IMG/VR virus record: IMGVR_UViG_3300049564_000091
Span: 1 to 52,229 of that record
Length of the DNA: 52,229 nucleotides
DNA from: a virus
Taxonomy: Duplodnaviria; Caudoviricetes
Strand: one strand, 5' to 3'
Below are positions 34,963-43,227 of this stretch, piece after piece (the first letter of the stretch is position 1; each line of letters begins with the position of its first letter). The translations under genes and the position numbers were made by a program. Below the pieces are notes generated by a model. The model made no database searches and was not told the DNA's origin. It saw only the letters and a list, made by a program, of their open reading frames with translations.

Positions 34963-35154
34963 CTAGTCGCCGAGCTTGGTATCGTCGATGGCGGCGGTGA
35001 GCCATTCCATCAGGTAGCGGCTGAAGCGCTCGACCCGGAAGGCGCCGTTGCCATCCTCGTGGCTGATGCTGAAGCCATGCCGCCGGCACACGGCCTCGAT
35101 TTCCTCGAGGAAGGCCTCGACCTCGACCGATCGCTTCTTGCGCTTGCTCGCCAT
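34963..35154 (-). CDS. Small hypothetical protein
   Basis: VCRRHGFSISHEDGNGAF; TAATG overlap. Confidence 0.6.
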   Translation of the reverse strand: MASKRKKRSVEVEAFLEEIEAVCRRHGFSISHEDGNGAFRVERFSRYLMEWLTAAIDDTKLGD

Positions 35155-35393
35155 TAGCGGGCCTCCTCGCGCCGCGCCGCATGCGCCGCAGCCGAGCGCG
35201 CGTTGTTATCCTCGCTGCATTGCAGGCAGCGGCTCAGGCCCTCGGCGGCGGCGCAGCCGCACTCGGTGCAGATGCCCTGCTTGCGCCGATGCGCCCGCCG
35301 GGCGTTGCGCGCCGCTGCCCGCTGCTCGCGGCAGCTGGCGCAGCGCGCCGTTTTCCGGCGGCAGGCATCGCAGCGATACGGATCGTTGCCCAT
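35154..35393 (-). CDS. Small zinc-finger protein
   Basis: Four CxxC pairs. Confidence 0.6.
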   Translation of the reverse strand: MGNDPYRCDACRRKTARCASCREQRAAARNARRAHRRKQGICTECGCAAAEGLSRCLQCSEDNNARSAAAHAARREEAR

Positions 35394-35750
35394 CTACTTG
35401 CCCTCCTCGGGCTTGCTGAACCTGCTCGAGAGCTTTTCGCCGAGCCGCTCGTGAGCGGCGAATGCGCGCGCGGCCTTCTTGCGAAGCAGCGCTCCTCGAG
35501 AGTTTCGCTTCCCCTCGCAGGCATCGGCGATTGCCTGATCCGCCTCCTCGAGCTTCGTGACCGCCTCAAACTCGCGCTGCGTAAGCTCGCGGCGATCGCA
35601 GCGCTGGACTTGGCGATCGCTGCGATCGCCCTCGGCCTCGGCCGCCAGCCAATCGCGCCGGCAGCATTCGAAGGCAAGCGCGATGCTCGCGTGCTCATGC
35701 CCGCAGGCGCCGCGATCGCGGCCTCGGGCGTTGTACTTCGGCCGGCTCAT
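35394..35750 (-). CDS. Hypothetical protein
   Basis: CGHEH motif; coupled. Confidence 0.55.
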   Translation of the reverse strand: MSRPKYNARGRDRGACGHEHASIALAFECCRRDWLAAEAEGDRSDRQVQRCDRRELTQREFEAVTKLEEADQAIADACEGKRNSRGALLRKKAARAFAAHERLGEKLSSRFSKPEEGK

Positions 35751-36049
35751 CGCGCACCCCCTGCGCGCAGCGCGGCGATGATCAAGGCCTGCAGCTCTTC
35801 CGGCGTGAGGAGGCGGCTCGCCTTGTTATCGCGCGCATCGAAGCCCAGCAGCTCAACCGAAACCCAGCCCGCCCGCTGATCGAACTCGGCGGCGGAGGCT
35901 GGGTCGAGGCCTTCCAGGGCCCAGAACATCGGGTCGCGCGGAATCGCGCGCTCCTCGCTGGCGCAGCCCGCACAAAGATGGAGCGGGCCCACGCACTCCG
36001 ATGCGGGATTGGAACAAAGCTCGGCATCGCAGGTTCCAGAGGCGATCAT
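35747..36049 (-). CDS. Hypothetical protein with an N-terminal Cys cluster
   Basis: CDAELC...LCAGC; ATGA overlap. Confidence 0.55.
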   Translation of the reverse strand: MIASGTCDAELCSNPASECVGPLHLCAGCASEERAIPRDPMFWALEGLDPASAAEFDQRAGWVSVELLGFDARDNKASRLLTPEELQALIIAALRAGGAR

Positions 36050-36339
36050 GAGCCCTGCTCCTCGTAGAAGGGCGCTGCCGGGAAGTAAATCACCTCATCG
36101 CAGCCCAGCGAATCCGTGCGCATGCCGCGCACGGCCTCCTCGATCACCTCCTTGGAATCATCGGGCATATCCGTATGCAGGCAGGCGCCGATGAGCTGCG
36201 CCATGATATCGCCGAGCTTGCCCGAGAGCGCCGCGCACTTCGTGCCGTACATCGCTCGGCCGCTGTAAGCGAAAACCTCGCAGCCCGCATCCTCGAGCAG
36301 CTGAACCAGCGGGTGCCTATCCTCGTAATCCATCGCCAT
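36046..36339 (-). CDS. Conserved phage-type hypothetical protein
   Basis: YSGRAMYG..C and RTDSLG...IYFP motifs. Confidence 0.6.
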   Translation of the reverse strand: MAMDYEDRHPLVQLLEDAGCEVFAYSGRAMYGTKCAALSGKLGDIMAQLIGACLHTDMPDDSKEVIEEAVRGMRTDSLGCDEVIYFPAAPFYEEQGS

Positions 36340-36370
36340 CCGAAACCATCCTTCCAGGGTGAGGCCCGAT

Positions 36371-36432
36371 GCGGCGCCAACCGCCTCGGGCATGCATCCA
36401 CTATCGCGTAGCGGCCCCATTGACGCAACGGG
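36371..36432. repeat. Repeated promoter-like element, copy 1
   Basis: GCGGCGCCAACCGC...CATCCAC...AGCGGCCCCATTGACGCAACGGG; minus strand TTGCGT-17-GATAGT. Confidence 0.7.
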
Positions 36433-36442
36433 TAAAACGGCG

Positions 36443-36479
36443 CCCGCCGCCGAGGGCTGCAGGGCCCAGCGGCGGCGGG
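36443..36479 (-). terminator. GC hairpin
   Basis: CCCGCCGCCG...CGGCGGCGGG just downstream of ORF 36502. Confidence 0.45.
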
Positions 36480-36501
36480 AATCGTGGCGCCCTGCGGCGG
36501 C

Positions 36502-36690
36502 TCAGGGCTTGGCGGCGGCAGGCTGGATGTCGTAGCTCTTCCCGCCGAAGTACAGCCGCACCTCGCTGGCGCGCTCATCTGCGAGGCGCTGGGCGCTGGC
36601 CACCGCCTCATCCATCGGCGTGCGATAGGCGCATCGCCTCACGGGCGCTCCATCGATCCAAAGCTCGTACGGGCAATCGAATTCATTCAT
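36502..36690 (-). CDS. Small hypothetical protein
   Basis: AAGGAG RBS before MNEFDCPY. Confidence 0.6.
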   Translation of the reverse strand: MNEFDCPYELWIDGAPVRRCAYRTPMDEAVASAQRLADERASEVRLYFGGKSYDIQPAAAKP

Positions 36691-36704
36691 CTGTTGGCTC
36701 CTTT

Positions 36705-37412
36705 TCATGAAAGCTCTTCGGCGATGAGCACCAGCTCGAGGGCGAGTTCTCTCACATCGCTATCGGCGTGCAGCTCGACGCTGGTGATGGTCGCCGGTGT
36801 GCGCTCGAGGCTCAGGCCGAGGCCCGCTGGGCAACCCTTGCTGATGCGCACCTCGAGGAAGATCACCCAGCGGGCATCCACGAACCAGGCCACCATCGCG
36901 GCCTGCGCGGCCTCGAGATGCCGCGTGAGCATCTCGAACTGGCGCTCGCGCAGGGCGCGCTGCTCGGCCAGCGTGCGCGCCTGCAGCGCATCGTGCGCGA
37001 TGGCATGCTCGCGGCAGAGCCGCAGCTCCTCGCGGCGCTCGCCTGCTTCGTGCGTGCAATCGTCGAAATCGCAGGCGGCGCCCAGCCCGGCGTACATGCA
37101 ATTCGGAGCATGCCCGGCGAGATAGCCGCAAACGCGGCAGAGATTCGAATTGGGCAGCTCCAGCGCCGGCGCCGGCCGGCGCGGCGCCGGGCCCTGCGTG
37201 GCGGCGGCATCGGCACAGGCCCGGCAGAAGCGCTCGGCTCCATGGCTGTACTCGGCATCGCCCGGGCAGAAGCTGCAGAGCAGCGCGACATCGCTATCGC
37301 GCGCGGCCTCCTCGGCGGCATGCGCCGAGCAGAAGCGCTGCGTGCCGCGCCGCTCCTCGGCATCCAGGGTGCAATCTTCGAAGTCGCAGAAAGTGCTAAT
37401 GTGCCGGAGCAT
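36705..37412 (-). CDS. Protein with repeated Cys/His zinc-binding modules
   Basis: CDFEDCT...FCSAH and CDFDDCT...LCREH repeats; AAGGA RBS. Confidence 0.6.
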   Translation of the reverse strand: MLRHISTFCDFEDCTLDAEERRGTQRFCSAHAAEEAARDSDVALLCSFCPGDAEYSHGAERFCRACADAAATQGPAPRRPAPALELPNSNLCRVCGYLAGHAPNCMYAGLGAACDFDDCTHEAGERREELRLCREHAIAHDALQARTLAEQRALRERQFEMLTRHLEAAQAAMVAWFVDARWVIFLEVRISKGCPAGLGLSLERTPATITSVELHADSDVRELALELVLIAEELS

Positions 37413-37444
37413 CGGGAACCATCCTTCTCGTTGTCAGGGCTCGG

Positions 37445-37508
37445 GCGGCGCCAACCGCGCCGAGCCGTTTCATCCACGTTGCCCCAGCGGCCCCATTGAC
37501 GCAACGGG
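37445..37508. repeat. Repeated promoter-like element, copy 2
   Basis: Same blocks as 36371-36432, with a 23-bp identical core. Confidence 0.7.
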
Positions 37509-37525
37509 GCACCCGCTGCCAAGGT

Positions 37526-37975
37526 ATGCCTGTGGATGCAGCGCGCAGCCGAGATGCCGAAGCGGCCTACTGCGAGGCCCGGGCGCGCTATTACATCGGC
37601 GAAGCCCGCACGCGCCTCATCTACGGCTACGAGCTGGAGGGCTGGCTGCAGGCCGAGCGCTCCGCCGCCTGCGAGGAGCTCCAAACCCGGCTCGCCGCGA
37701 TCCGGGCGCTGATGCGGCATGTGCAGGGCGGCCTCGAGCTGGTGGTGAGCAAGCTCGAGGCGGCGGCGGCCGAGCAGGCGCCGCTCGCCATGCATGCCGC
37801 CGATGTGCCGGAGCTGGTGGAGCGCGCCCAGGCGGTATTCGCGCTCTGGCGCGGGCTGGCCTCGCAGGAGATGTATGGCGAGCTGCTGCGCGAGGGCATG
37901 GACCGCTGCGACTTCGATGTGCTCGAGGAAGCGATGGGCGGCCTGAATGAGGCGCTCAGGGCTTTCGATACTTGA
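37526..37975 (+). CDS. Hypothetical helical protein (counter-oriented)
   Basis: High-GC3 ORF divergent from 37412; start uncertain. Confidence 0.55.
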   Translation: MPVDAARSRDAEAAYCEARARYYIGEARTRLIYGYELEGWLQAERSAACEELQTRLAAIRALMRHVQGGLELVVSKLEAAAAEQAPLAMHAADVPELVERAQAVFALWRGLASQEMYGELLREGMDRCDFDVLEEAMGGLNEALRAFDT

Positions 37976-39749
37976 GCCACAGGAAGATCGCCAGCGCGAG
38001 CAGGAGCACCAGCGCGACGAGCACGATGATGGTAATCGGCACCGCAGGCGCCGCGCGCGTGGCGGTGCCGGCGATCCAATCCTTCGCGCCTCGAGCTTTC
38101 GGCGCCGCCGACACCGCCTGCCCTACATTGTTGAATAGGCCCCAGGCGCCCTTCGGCTCCCAGGTGCCATGCAGCGTGTACATGCAGCAGGGCGCGTTCA
38201 GCTTTGTGGCGAAGCGATCGAGCATGTAGACGTACCCATCGTACGCCTGCGCATTCCGAGCCCAGGCATCGGCGCTCTGCAGATGATGCATCCCAGCCTC
38301 GTAGCAGCCCACCGCCGGGATGCTGTAGCTCGAGGCCTGGGATTTAGCCGTGGCGATGGGCTCGCCGGCGACCTTCGAATCGACCTCGGACTTCCAGCGC
38401 GCAAGCGTTTCACTGGCGCCATTGACGCCATTGCCGATGTAGGGCGCCAGCATCAGCGCGTCGATCCGCTGCTCGTGCGGATTCCATTGCTCGGAGCGAT
38501 AGACATTCGCCAGCGCCTGCGTGGTGAGGTCGAGGTTGCCGCTCTCGCTGAAGACGCGAATGATGCGCGAGCCCATCGCGGCCTCGCCGAACACGCCCTG
38601 GTAGAGCTGAAAGATGGCCAGAGCCCGATACATCTCGTGCGCGATGCCCTTATACCAATCGTTCGAGCCCGGCAGCCCTCCAGCCTTGCCCGCATCGATC
38701 GCCTGTTGAAAAGCCGAAAAGCTGCCGTTCCAGACCTCGTTGCTCAGCTCAATATAGGCCTTCAGCTGCGGCGCGAGCTTCGCCTGGATGAGCTGCGCCT
38801 GCGCGCTGATGTACGCGTCATCGGCCAGGTAGGGGTGCGTGAACCAGCAATCGATCCCTGCGCGATTGCATAGATCGATCTGCCATTCCACCGCGAGGCC
38901 GGTGGTGCTCGCCGGCGAAGCGCCATCGATGTAAACCTCCTGGTTGCGCGGGTCGGTCGGCAGCTTGCGCTGCGACCAGCTGTGAATCTTGCTGAAGTTC
39001 GTGGCGGCCGTGTCCATGTGCCGGAAGACCACGAAGCCCTGCAGGTCGGCGAGGAATTGCGGGTTCCAAATATCCACGCCGCTGGCATAGGCCGTCGCCC
39101 AGTCGACGCTCGGTTTGAAGATCTGCGTGCCTGCCCAACTCGCGATGAACCACTCCTGCGTGCCGACCTCCATCTTGCCCGAGGGCGAAGGCGGCGGGCC
39201 GTCAGAGGCCACCATCGCGAAGCGCTCGCTCGGCCCATCATGCCAGCGGCCCGCCGAGTCCTGATGCGTCGCGTAGGCCTCCCATTGCCCGAGCGTATCG
39301 TTGGCCATGAAAGTCCGATTCGCGCCGAGCATCACCTGCTGGCCGGGCTCGACGGTAAGATTGGACAGAACCGGCGCCAGATCGGTGAATGGGCCGGCCT
39401 CATGCGAGGCCCCAGGCGCTCGAGCAGCGATGCGAATCTCGCGCACCGCAATGGCGCTCGCAGACGTATTGCTAAAGCCCACGGAGGCATTCAGCACCGA
39501 GCCGGCCTTCACGAAGCGCTTGTCGAGCTCCAGCGGCGCCGAGATGATCAGCCCGCCGGTCGCGCCGGCGCCACCGCGCCCGCCGGCGCCGCTGCGCCCG
39601 CCGATGCCAGCGCCGCCGCCGCTGCCGCCTCGCCCTCCGCTGCCGCCGCTGGGTTGAGGGCAAAGCAACACCGGCGTGCAGGGCGCGCTCTGCGCGGCGA
39701 CAGGCTCAGCCAGCGCGACTAACAGCAAGACCATCAGGGCGGATCGCAT
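37956..39749 (-). CDS. Secreted, C-terminally membrane-anchored glycoside hydrolase-like protein (clan GH-A-like)
   Basis: Signal peptide (AxA), Gly-rich linker, beta domain, FRHMD, IELSNEVWN, CYEAG, C-terminal TM plus KYRKP. Confidence 0.72.
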   Translation of the reverse strand: MRSALMVLLLVALAEPVAAQSAPCTPVLLCPQPSGGSGGRGGSGGGAGIGGRSGAGGRGGAGATGGLIISAPLELDKRFVKAGSVLNASVGFSNTSASAIAVREIRIAARAPGASHEAGPFTDLAPVLSNLTVEPGQQVMLGANRTFMANDTLGQWEAYATHQDSAGRWHDGPSERFAMVASDGPPPSPSGKMEVGTQEWFIASWAGTQIFKPSVDWATAYASGVDIWNPQFLADLQGFVVFRHMDTAATNFSKIHSWSQRKLPTDPRNQEVYIDGASPASTTGLAVEWQIDLCNRAGIDCWFTHPYLADDAYISAQAQLIQAKLAPQLKAYIELSNEVWNGSFSAFQQAIDAGKAGGLPGSNDWYKGIAHEMYRALAIFQLYQGVFGEAAMGSRIIRVFSESGNLDLTTQALANVYRSEQWNPHEQRIDALMLAPYIGNGVNGASETLARWKSEVDSKVAGEPIATAKSQASSYSIPAVGCYEAGMHHLQSADAWARNAQAYDGYVYMLDRFATKLNAPCCMYTLHGTWEPKGAWGLFNNVGQAVSAAPKARGAKDWIAGTATRAAPAVPITIIVLVALVLLLALAIFLWLKYRKP

Positions 39750-40350
39750 CGGAGTCCTCCATCCTCGCGCTCATCGCGAGCCAGATCAGCCAATCGGCAA
39801 ACGCCGGCGGCGTGCGGCGGCGCTGCTCAGCGCCGCAGACTTTGATCCCGGGCGGCACGGGCGTGGTCTTGCGCGTACCGAGCTGCCCTCGGCTGCCCGA
39901 GGCCCAGTGCGTCGGCTGCCCGCCCGTGCGCAGCGTCCGGAGGACCAGCTCGCGGCTGATGCCCACGCAGTAGAGCCAGGAGGCTTTCCGCGCGACATGT
40001 CCCCAGGCGCACTGGTCGAGCGCGACGGTGAAGCCCTCGCCGAAATCGAGCCCGCCCGGATAGGGCAGGCGGCATCGCCGCCAGAGCAGCGAGTGCTGCG
40101 GATGCTCGAGGATGCCGCCGCAGCGGCGGACCTGCTCGACCGCCCGAGGCGCGCAGTCATGCTCGCTGCCGCGGTACAGATGCCGCAGGCGACCCCAGGG
40201 CCCGCAGGGCGGATGAGCGACCACCGGCAGCGCGCCCTCATAGCGGCGCGCATCGCGCGCGAGGTCCCAGGCATCGACATCAGGGCGGCCGAAGTAGGGG
40301 CCGCAGCGATCGACGTACAGCGCTGCGACGCGGGCGCTCGCCACCCTCAC
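39706..40350 (-). CDS. Divergent C5-cytosine methyltransferase-like protein
   Basis: DARRY, VVAHPPCGPW (PC motif), ILEHP, DQCAWGH..RKASWL, RTPPAFA; start uncertain. Confidence 0.65.
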   Translation of the reverse strand: MRVASARVAALYVDRCGPYFGRPDVDAWDLARDARRYEGALPVVAHPPCGPWGRLRHLYRGSEHDCAPRAVEQVRRCGGILEHPQHSLLWRRCRLPYPGGLDFGEGFTVALDQCAWGHVARKASWLYCVGISRELVLRTLRTGGQPTHWASGSRGQLGTRKTTPVPPGIKVCGAEQRRRTPPAFADWLIWLAMSARMEDSDAIRPDGLAVSRAG

Positions 40351-40375
40351 TGCTACGCGAGCAGGCTGGCGCTTG

Positions 40376-40522
40376 TCAATTGGCCATCCTTCGCCATTGC
40401 GCGTCGCGCCGGGCCTCGGCGGCTGCGCGGCGCGGATGATGATCGGCCCACCAGCCTGCAGCCCAGAGGCCGCCGGCGATGAGCAAGAAAGCAAACAGCG
40501 CGTAGCCGAGGATCGTCTTCAT
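40376..40522 (-). CDS. 48-aa N-terminal TM protein
   Basis: MKTILGYALFAFLLIAGGLWAAGWW...; ATGA overlap. Confidence 0.5.
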   Translation of the reverse strand: MKTILGYALFAFLLIAGGLWAAGWWADHHPRRAAAEARRDAQWRRMAN

Positions 40523-40722
40523 GCTCCGCCGTCCTCCTCCTCGAGCAGCCAGGTCGCCACGATGCCGCCATCCGTGAAGCAGACCGCGCTCGCTGGGCCG
40601 CGCTGCACGCGCCCGCCCTGCTCGCGGCAGGCCGTCTCGAACTCCGCGCTGGCCGAGACGCAAGTGCAGATGCAGCCGCTGGCGGCGGCGGCGCAGACGA
40701 GGAGCAGCGCGAGGCGGACCAT
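40519..40722 (-). CDS. Small putative lipoprotein
   Basis: MVRLALLLVCAAAASGC lipobox-like sequence. Confidence 0.5.
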   Translation of the reverse strand: MVRLALLLVCAAAASGCICTCVSASAEFETACREQGGRVQRGPASAVCFTDGGIVATWLLEEEDGGA

Positions 40723-40751
40723 CGGCCTGCATTCTGACACCAGAACGCCCT

Positions 40752-41495
40752 TCAGGGCAGCCCGTAGTACGTGCGCACCCAGGCGTCGAGCGCGTTCTCC
40801 TCGCCCAGCGTGGGCTTCGATGCGCACATGATCATCAGGGCGATGCGGCATTCCATCGGGGATGCTCCCACGCTGCCGCCGAGCGACACGGAGGTGATGT
40901 TAGCTCCCAGCGTGCGCGCGCTGGCCAGCGACCACTCGCCTTCGTCGATGCGCAAGTAGATAAAGGCGCCATCAGACCACCAGCGATAGCGATGTGGCAG
41001 ATTATCGGCAGCATCAGGCCCGTAGACCGTGTCGGGTCCGCCATGCTGCGCATAAGGCGTTTTGGCGGAAAGCGCGCCGAGGCGCTGATAGTAACTTGTG
41101 CCAACTCCAAATGACGCAATGATGCCTGCAGCCTGGCCAGCCGCCGTGCGGTTCACGCGCGCGACGACATAGGTCCAAGGATGCGTTCCGGCCGCCAGCA
41201 GCGTGCTCAGGCCAGTGCCGCGCCAGTACGCTCCGGCGCTTCCGGTCTGCGTGCTCCATGCGACGGGCCGGCCTCGGAAGTACGGAGGATCGGGCGCGAC
41301 CGAGCCCTGGTATGGAGGATAAGACAGGAAGCCGAGGTTGCTGGCGCGCTTCTGCCCGATCCAGCCGACCATGTGGACGAGCTGCAGCTCCGAGAGCCAC
41401 CACTCGACCGTCGATGCAGGCAACGGAATCAGCGGCGCGAGCGGCACGCCCGCGGTCATACATGCGACGCGGTACGCTGTGCGGGTCGCTCTCAC
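40752..41495 (-). CDS. Tail-associated beta-sandwich (LamG-like) protein
   Basis: Beta-rich; WTYVVAR and C-terminal WVRTYYGL; at the end of the tail module. Confidence 0.5.
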   Translation of the reverse strand: MRATRTAYRVACMTAGVPLAPLIPLPASTVEWWLSELQLVHMVGWIGQKRASNLGFLSYPPYQGSVAPDPPYFRGRPVAWSTQTGSAGAYWRGTGLSTLLAAGTHPWTYVVARVNRTAAGQAAGIIASFGVGTSYYQRLGALSAKTPYAQHGGPDTVYGPDAADNLPHRYRWWSDGAFIYLRIDEGEWSLASARTLGANITSVSLGGSVGASPMECRIALMIMCASKPTLGEENALDAWVRTYYGLP

Positions 41496-42232
41496 TGCGA
41501 AGCCGTCACGGCCACGGATTGGCCTGGATCGGTCGTCACGAACCAGAGCTTGCTCAGGTCATCGATCTCGGCAACGGCCGGGTCGCCGGGCGCGAGCTGC
41601 AGCCCTGATACAAAGCTCGCGCTGCCATTGACGACCAGGGCGACGGGCGCGGTGTTGGTCGCTGCGGCCTTGATGAAGGCCGTCGTCTTCACCGGCGTGG
41701 CTACCGTTGTGAGTTGCTGCGGCGTCGTGCCGGTGAGCAGCAGGCGAAGCACGATCAGCGTATCGGGCATGACGATTCCCTTCGTGGATGGCGCGGCTGC
41801 TGCCGCGGTATCCCAAACATCGATCACGCAGACATCGCGCAGAGGCCGCGCGAGCGCGCCGGCGTAGCTCTGCGCCCGCAGGTCCGCCGAGCCCGCGAGC
41901 CAGGTCTCATACAGGCCATCGACCAGCGCATCCATGCCGCGCATCTTGAAAAGCAGCGCGCGCACATCGTAGTGGCACGCGCCAATGACCGAGGTGGCAT
42001 CGCTCCAGTCCTCGGCGGCCGTGAAGCGCTTGGCTGCAGCGCTCGCGCGCCAGTCGTTGATCCCGAGCAGCGATGTGGCATCGCTCCAAGAGAGCGGCGC
42101 CTGAAGCCAGCGCGAGACCGCGACGGCGCGCCAATCGGCCGAGCTGACGTAGCCAGCCAGCGAGAGCGGCGCCTGGAACCAGCGCGGCACCGCGACGGCG
42201 CGCCAGTCAGCGGAGATGACGAAATCAGCCAT
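41492..42232 (-). CDS. Tail-region protein with N-terminal DWRA/WSDATS repeats
   Basis: SADWRAVAVxRWxQAPLS x2, WSDATS x2. Confidence 0.55.
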   Translation of the reverse strand: MADFVISADWRAVAVPRWFQAPLSLAGYVSSADWRAVAVSRWLQAPLSWSDATSLLGINDWRASAAAKRFTAAEDWSDATSVIGACHYDVRALLFKMRGMDALVDGLYETWLAGSADLRAQSYAGALARPLRDVCVIDVWDTAAAAAPSTKGIVMPDTLIVLRLLLTGTTPQQLTTVATPVKTTAFIKAAATNTAPVALVVNGSASFVSGLQLAPGDPAVAEIDDLSKLWFVTTDPGQSVAVTASQ

Positions 42233-43227
42233 CAGTTCAGCGGGCTCGTGAGCCCATCCCACGGCAGCCAGAGCGCACCGACGCAGATCCAATTCTTGTT
42301 GTCGAGGCAATCCTGAAAGGTCAAGCGCGCCGTGCATGTCCAGCGGGCGAGCGTACTAAAGCCCTTGAATCCGATGTTCGTGGTCGCGGGCAAGGGCCGC
42401 AGGTATGAGATGGGCAGCGCCTCATGCTTGCCATTGAACGGGTTCAAATTCAGCCCGAGCGATGAGGTGACATAACAGGTGGAGGCCGGCACCGTGCCTG
42501 TGCCCACCAGGCCGACAGAATAGGTGCCGGGCTGCACGCCGACGAAGGTCGCCGCCGCCGCATCCATGTGCGCAAAGATGCCTTGCTGCGCAGTGCCGGG
42601 CGCTGGCCAGGTGGTCGCGTTTGCGAAGCCGAAGCCGCCATTCAGGAACGCAGCGGTGGTGCCGATATGCCAGACGACCGGATCGATGTCCTCCGGGACC
42701 GAGGTGACGGGGTCCATCATCACGCCGCATTGAATCGCGCCGCCCAGGACGTTGCTTCCCATCCAGAAGCCATACGGCGCGGCGCTCTTCGCTCCGCCCT
42801 GAAAGCGGCAGCCCGCGGTCGCCGTACCCGTGCCGAAAAAGGCGCTGAGCGTCGGCGTCGCATCCGTGCCTGCGCCCCAGATCACGCGCTCGTCCGTGGC
42901 GCTCGGCACGACAGTCGCGCTCGGCGTGCCGCCGATGAACTTCCCCACGCGGCTGCACTTCCAACGCAGGCCGGCGGCTGCATTGTGCTGCAGGCAGATC
43001 TCGCGAGCATCCGCAGGATCGGCGAGCCGGCACCAGGCCCGGTTGTTGTTCCATTGCGTCGCGCCCGCGCCGGAGCCGGTGAAGACCTTCCCCGTCGCGT
43101 TGTAGGCCGCGAGCCCATCGCCGCTGGCCTTGTAGACCCAGCCTGCTGCGACGAGCATCTCGACGGTCGCGGACATGGCGGCGCCGTAGCCGTTCGGAGT
43201 TGCATTGATGATGAACGCGTCAGGCAT
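42232..43227 (-). CDS. Putative tail fibre/receptor-binding structural protein
   Basis: 331 aa, Gly/Ala/Thr-rich, LVAAGW motif near the N-terminus. Confidence 0.55.
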   Translation of the reverse strand: MPDAFIINATPNGYGAAMSATVEMLVAAGWVYKASGDGLAAYNATGKVFTGSGAGATQWNNNRAWCRLADPADAREICLQHNAAAGLRWKCSRVGKFIGGTPSATVVPSATDERVIWGAGTDATPTLSAFFGTGTATAGCRFQGGAKSAAPYGFWMGSNVLGGAIQCGVMMDPVTSVPEDIDPVVWHIGTTAAFLNGGFGFANATTWPAPGTAQQGIFAHMDAAAATFVGVQPGTYSVGLVGTGTVPASTCYVTSSLGLNLNPFNGKHEALPISYLRPLPATTNIGFKGFSTLARWTCTARLTFQDCLDNKNWICVGALWLPWDGLTSPLN

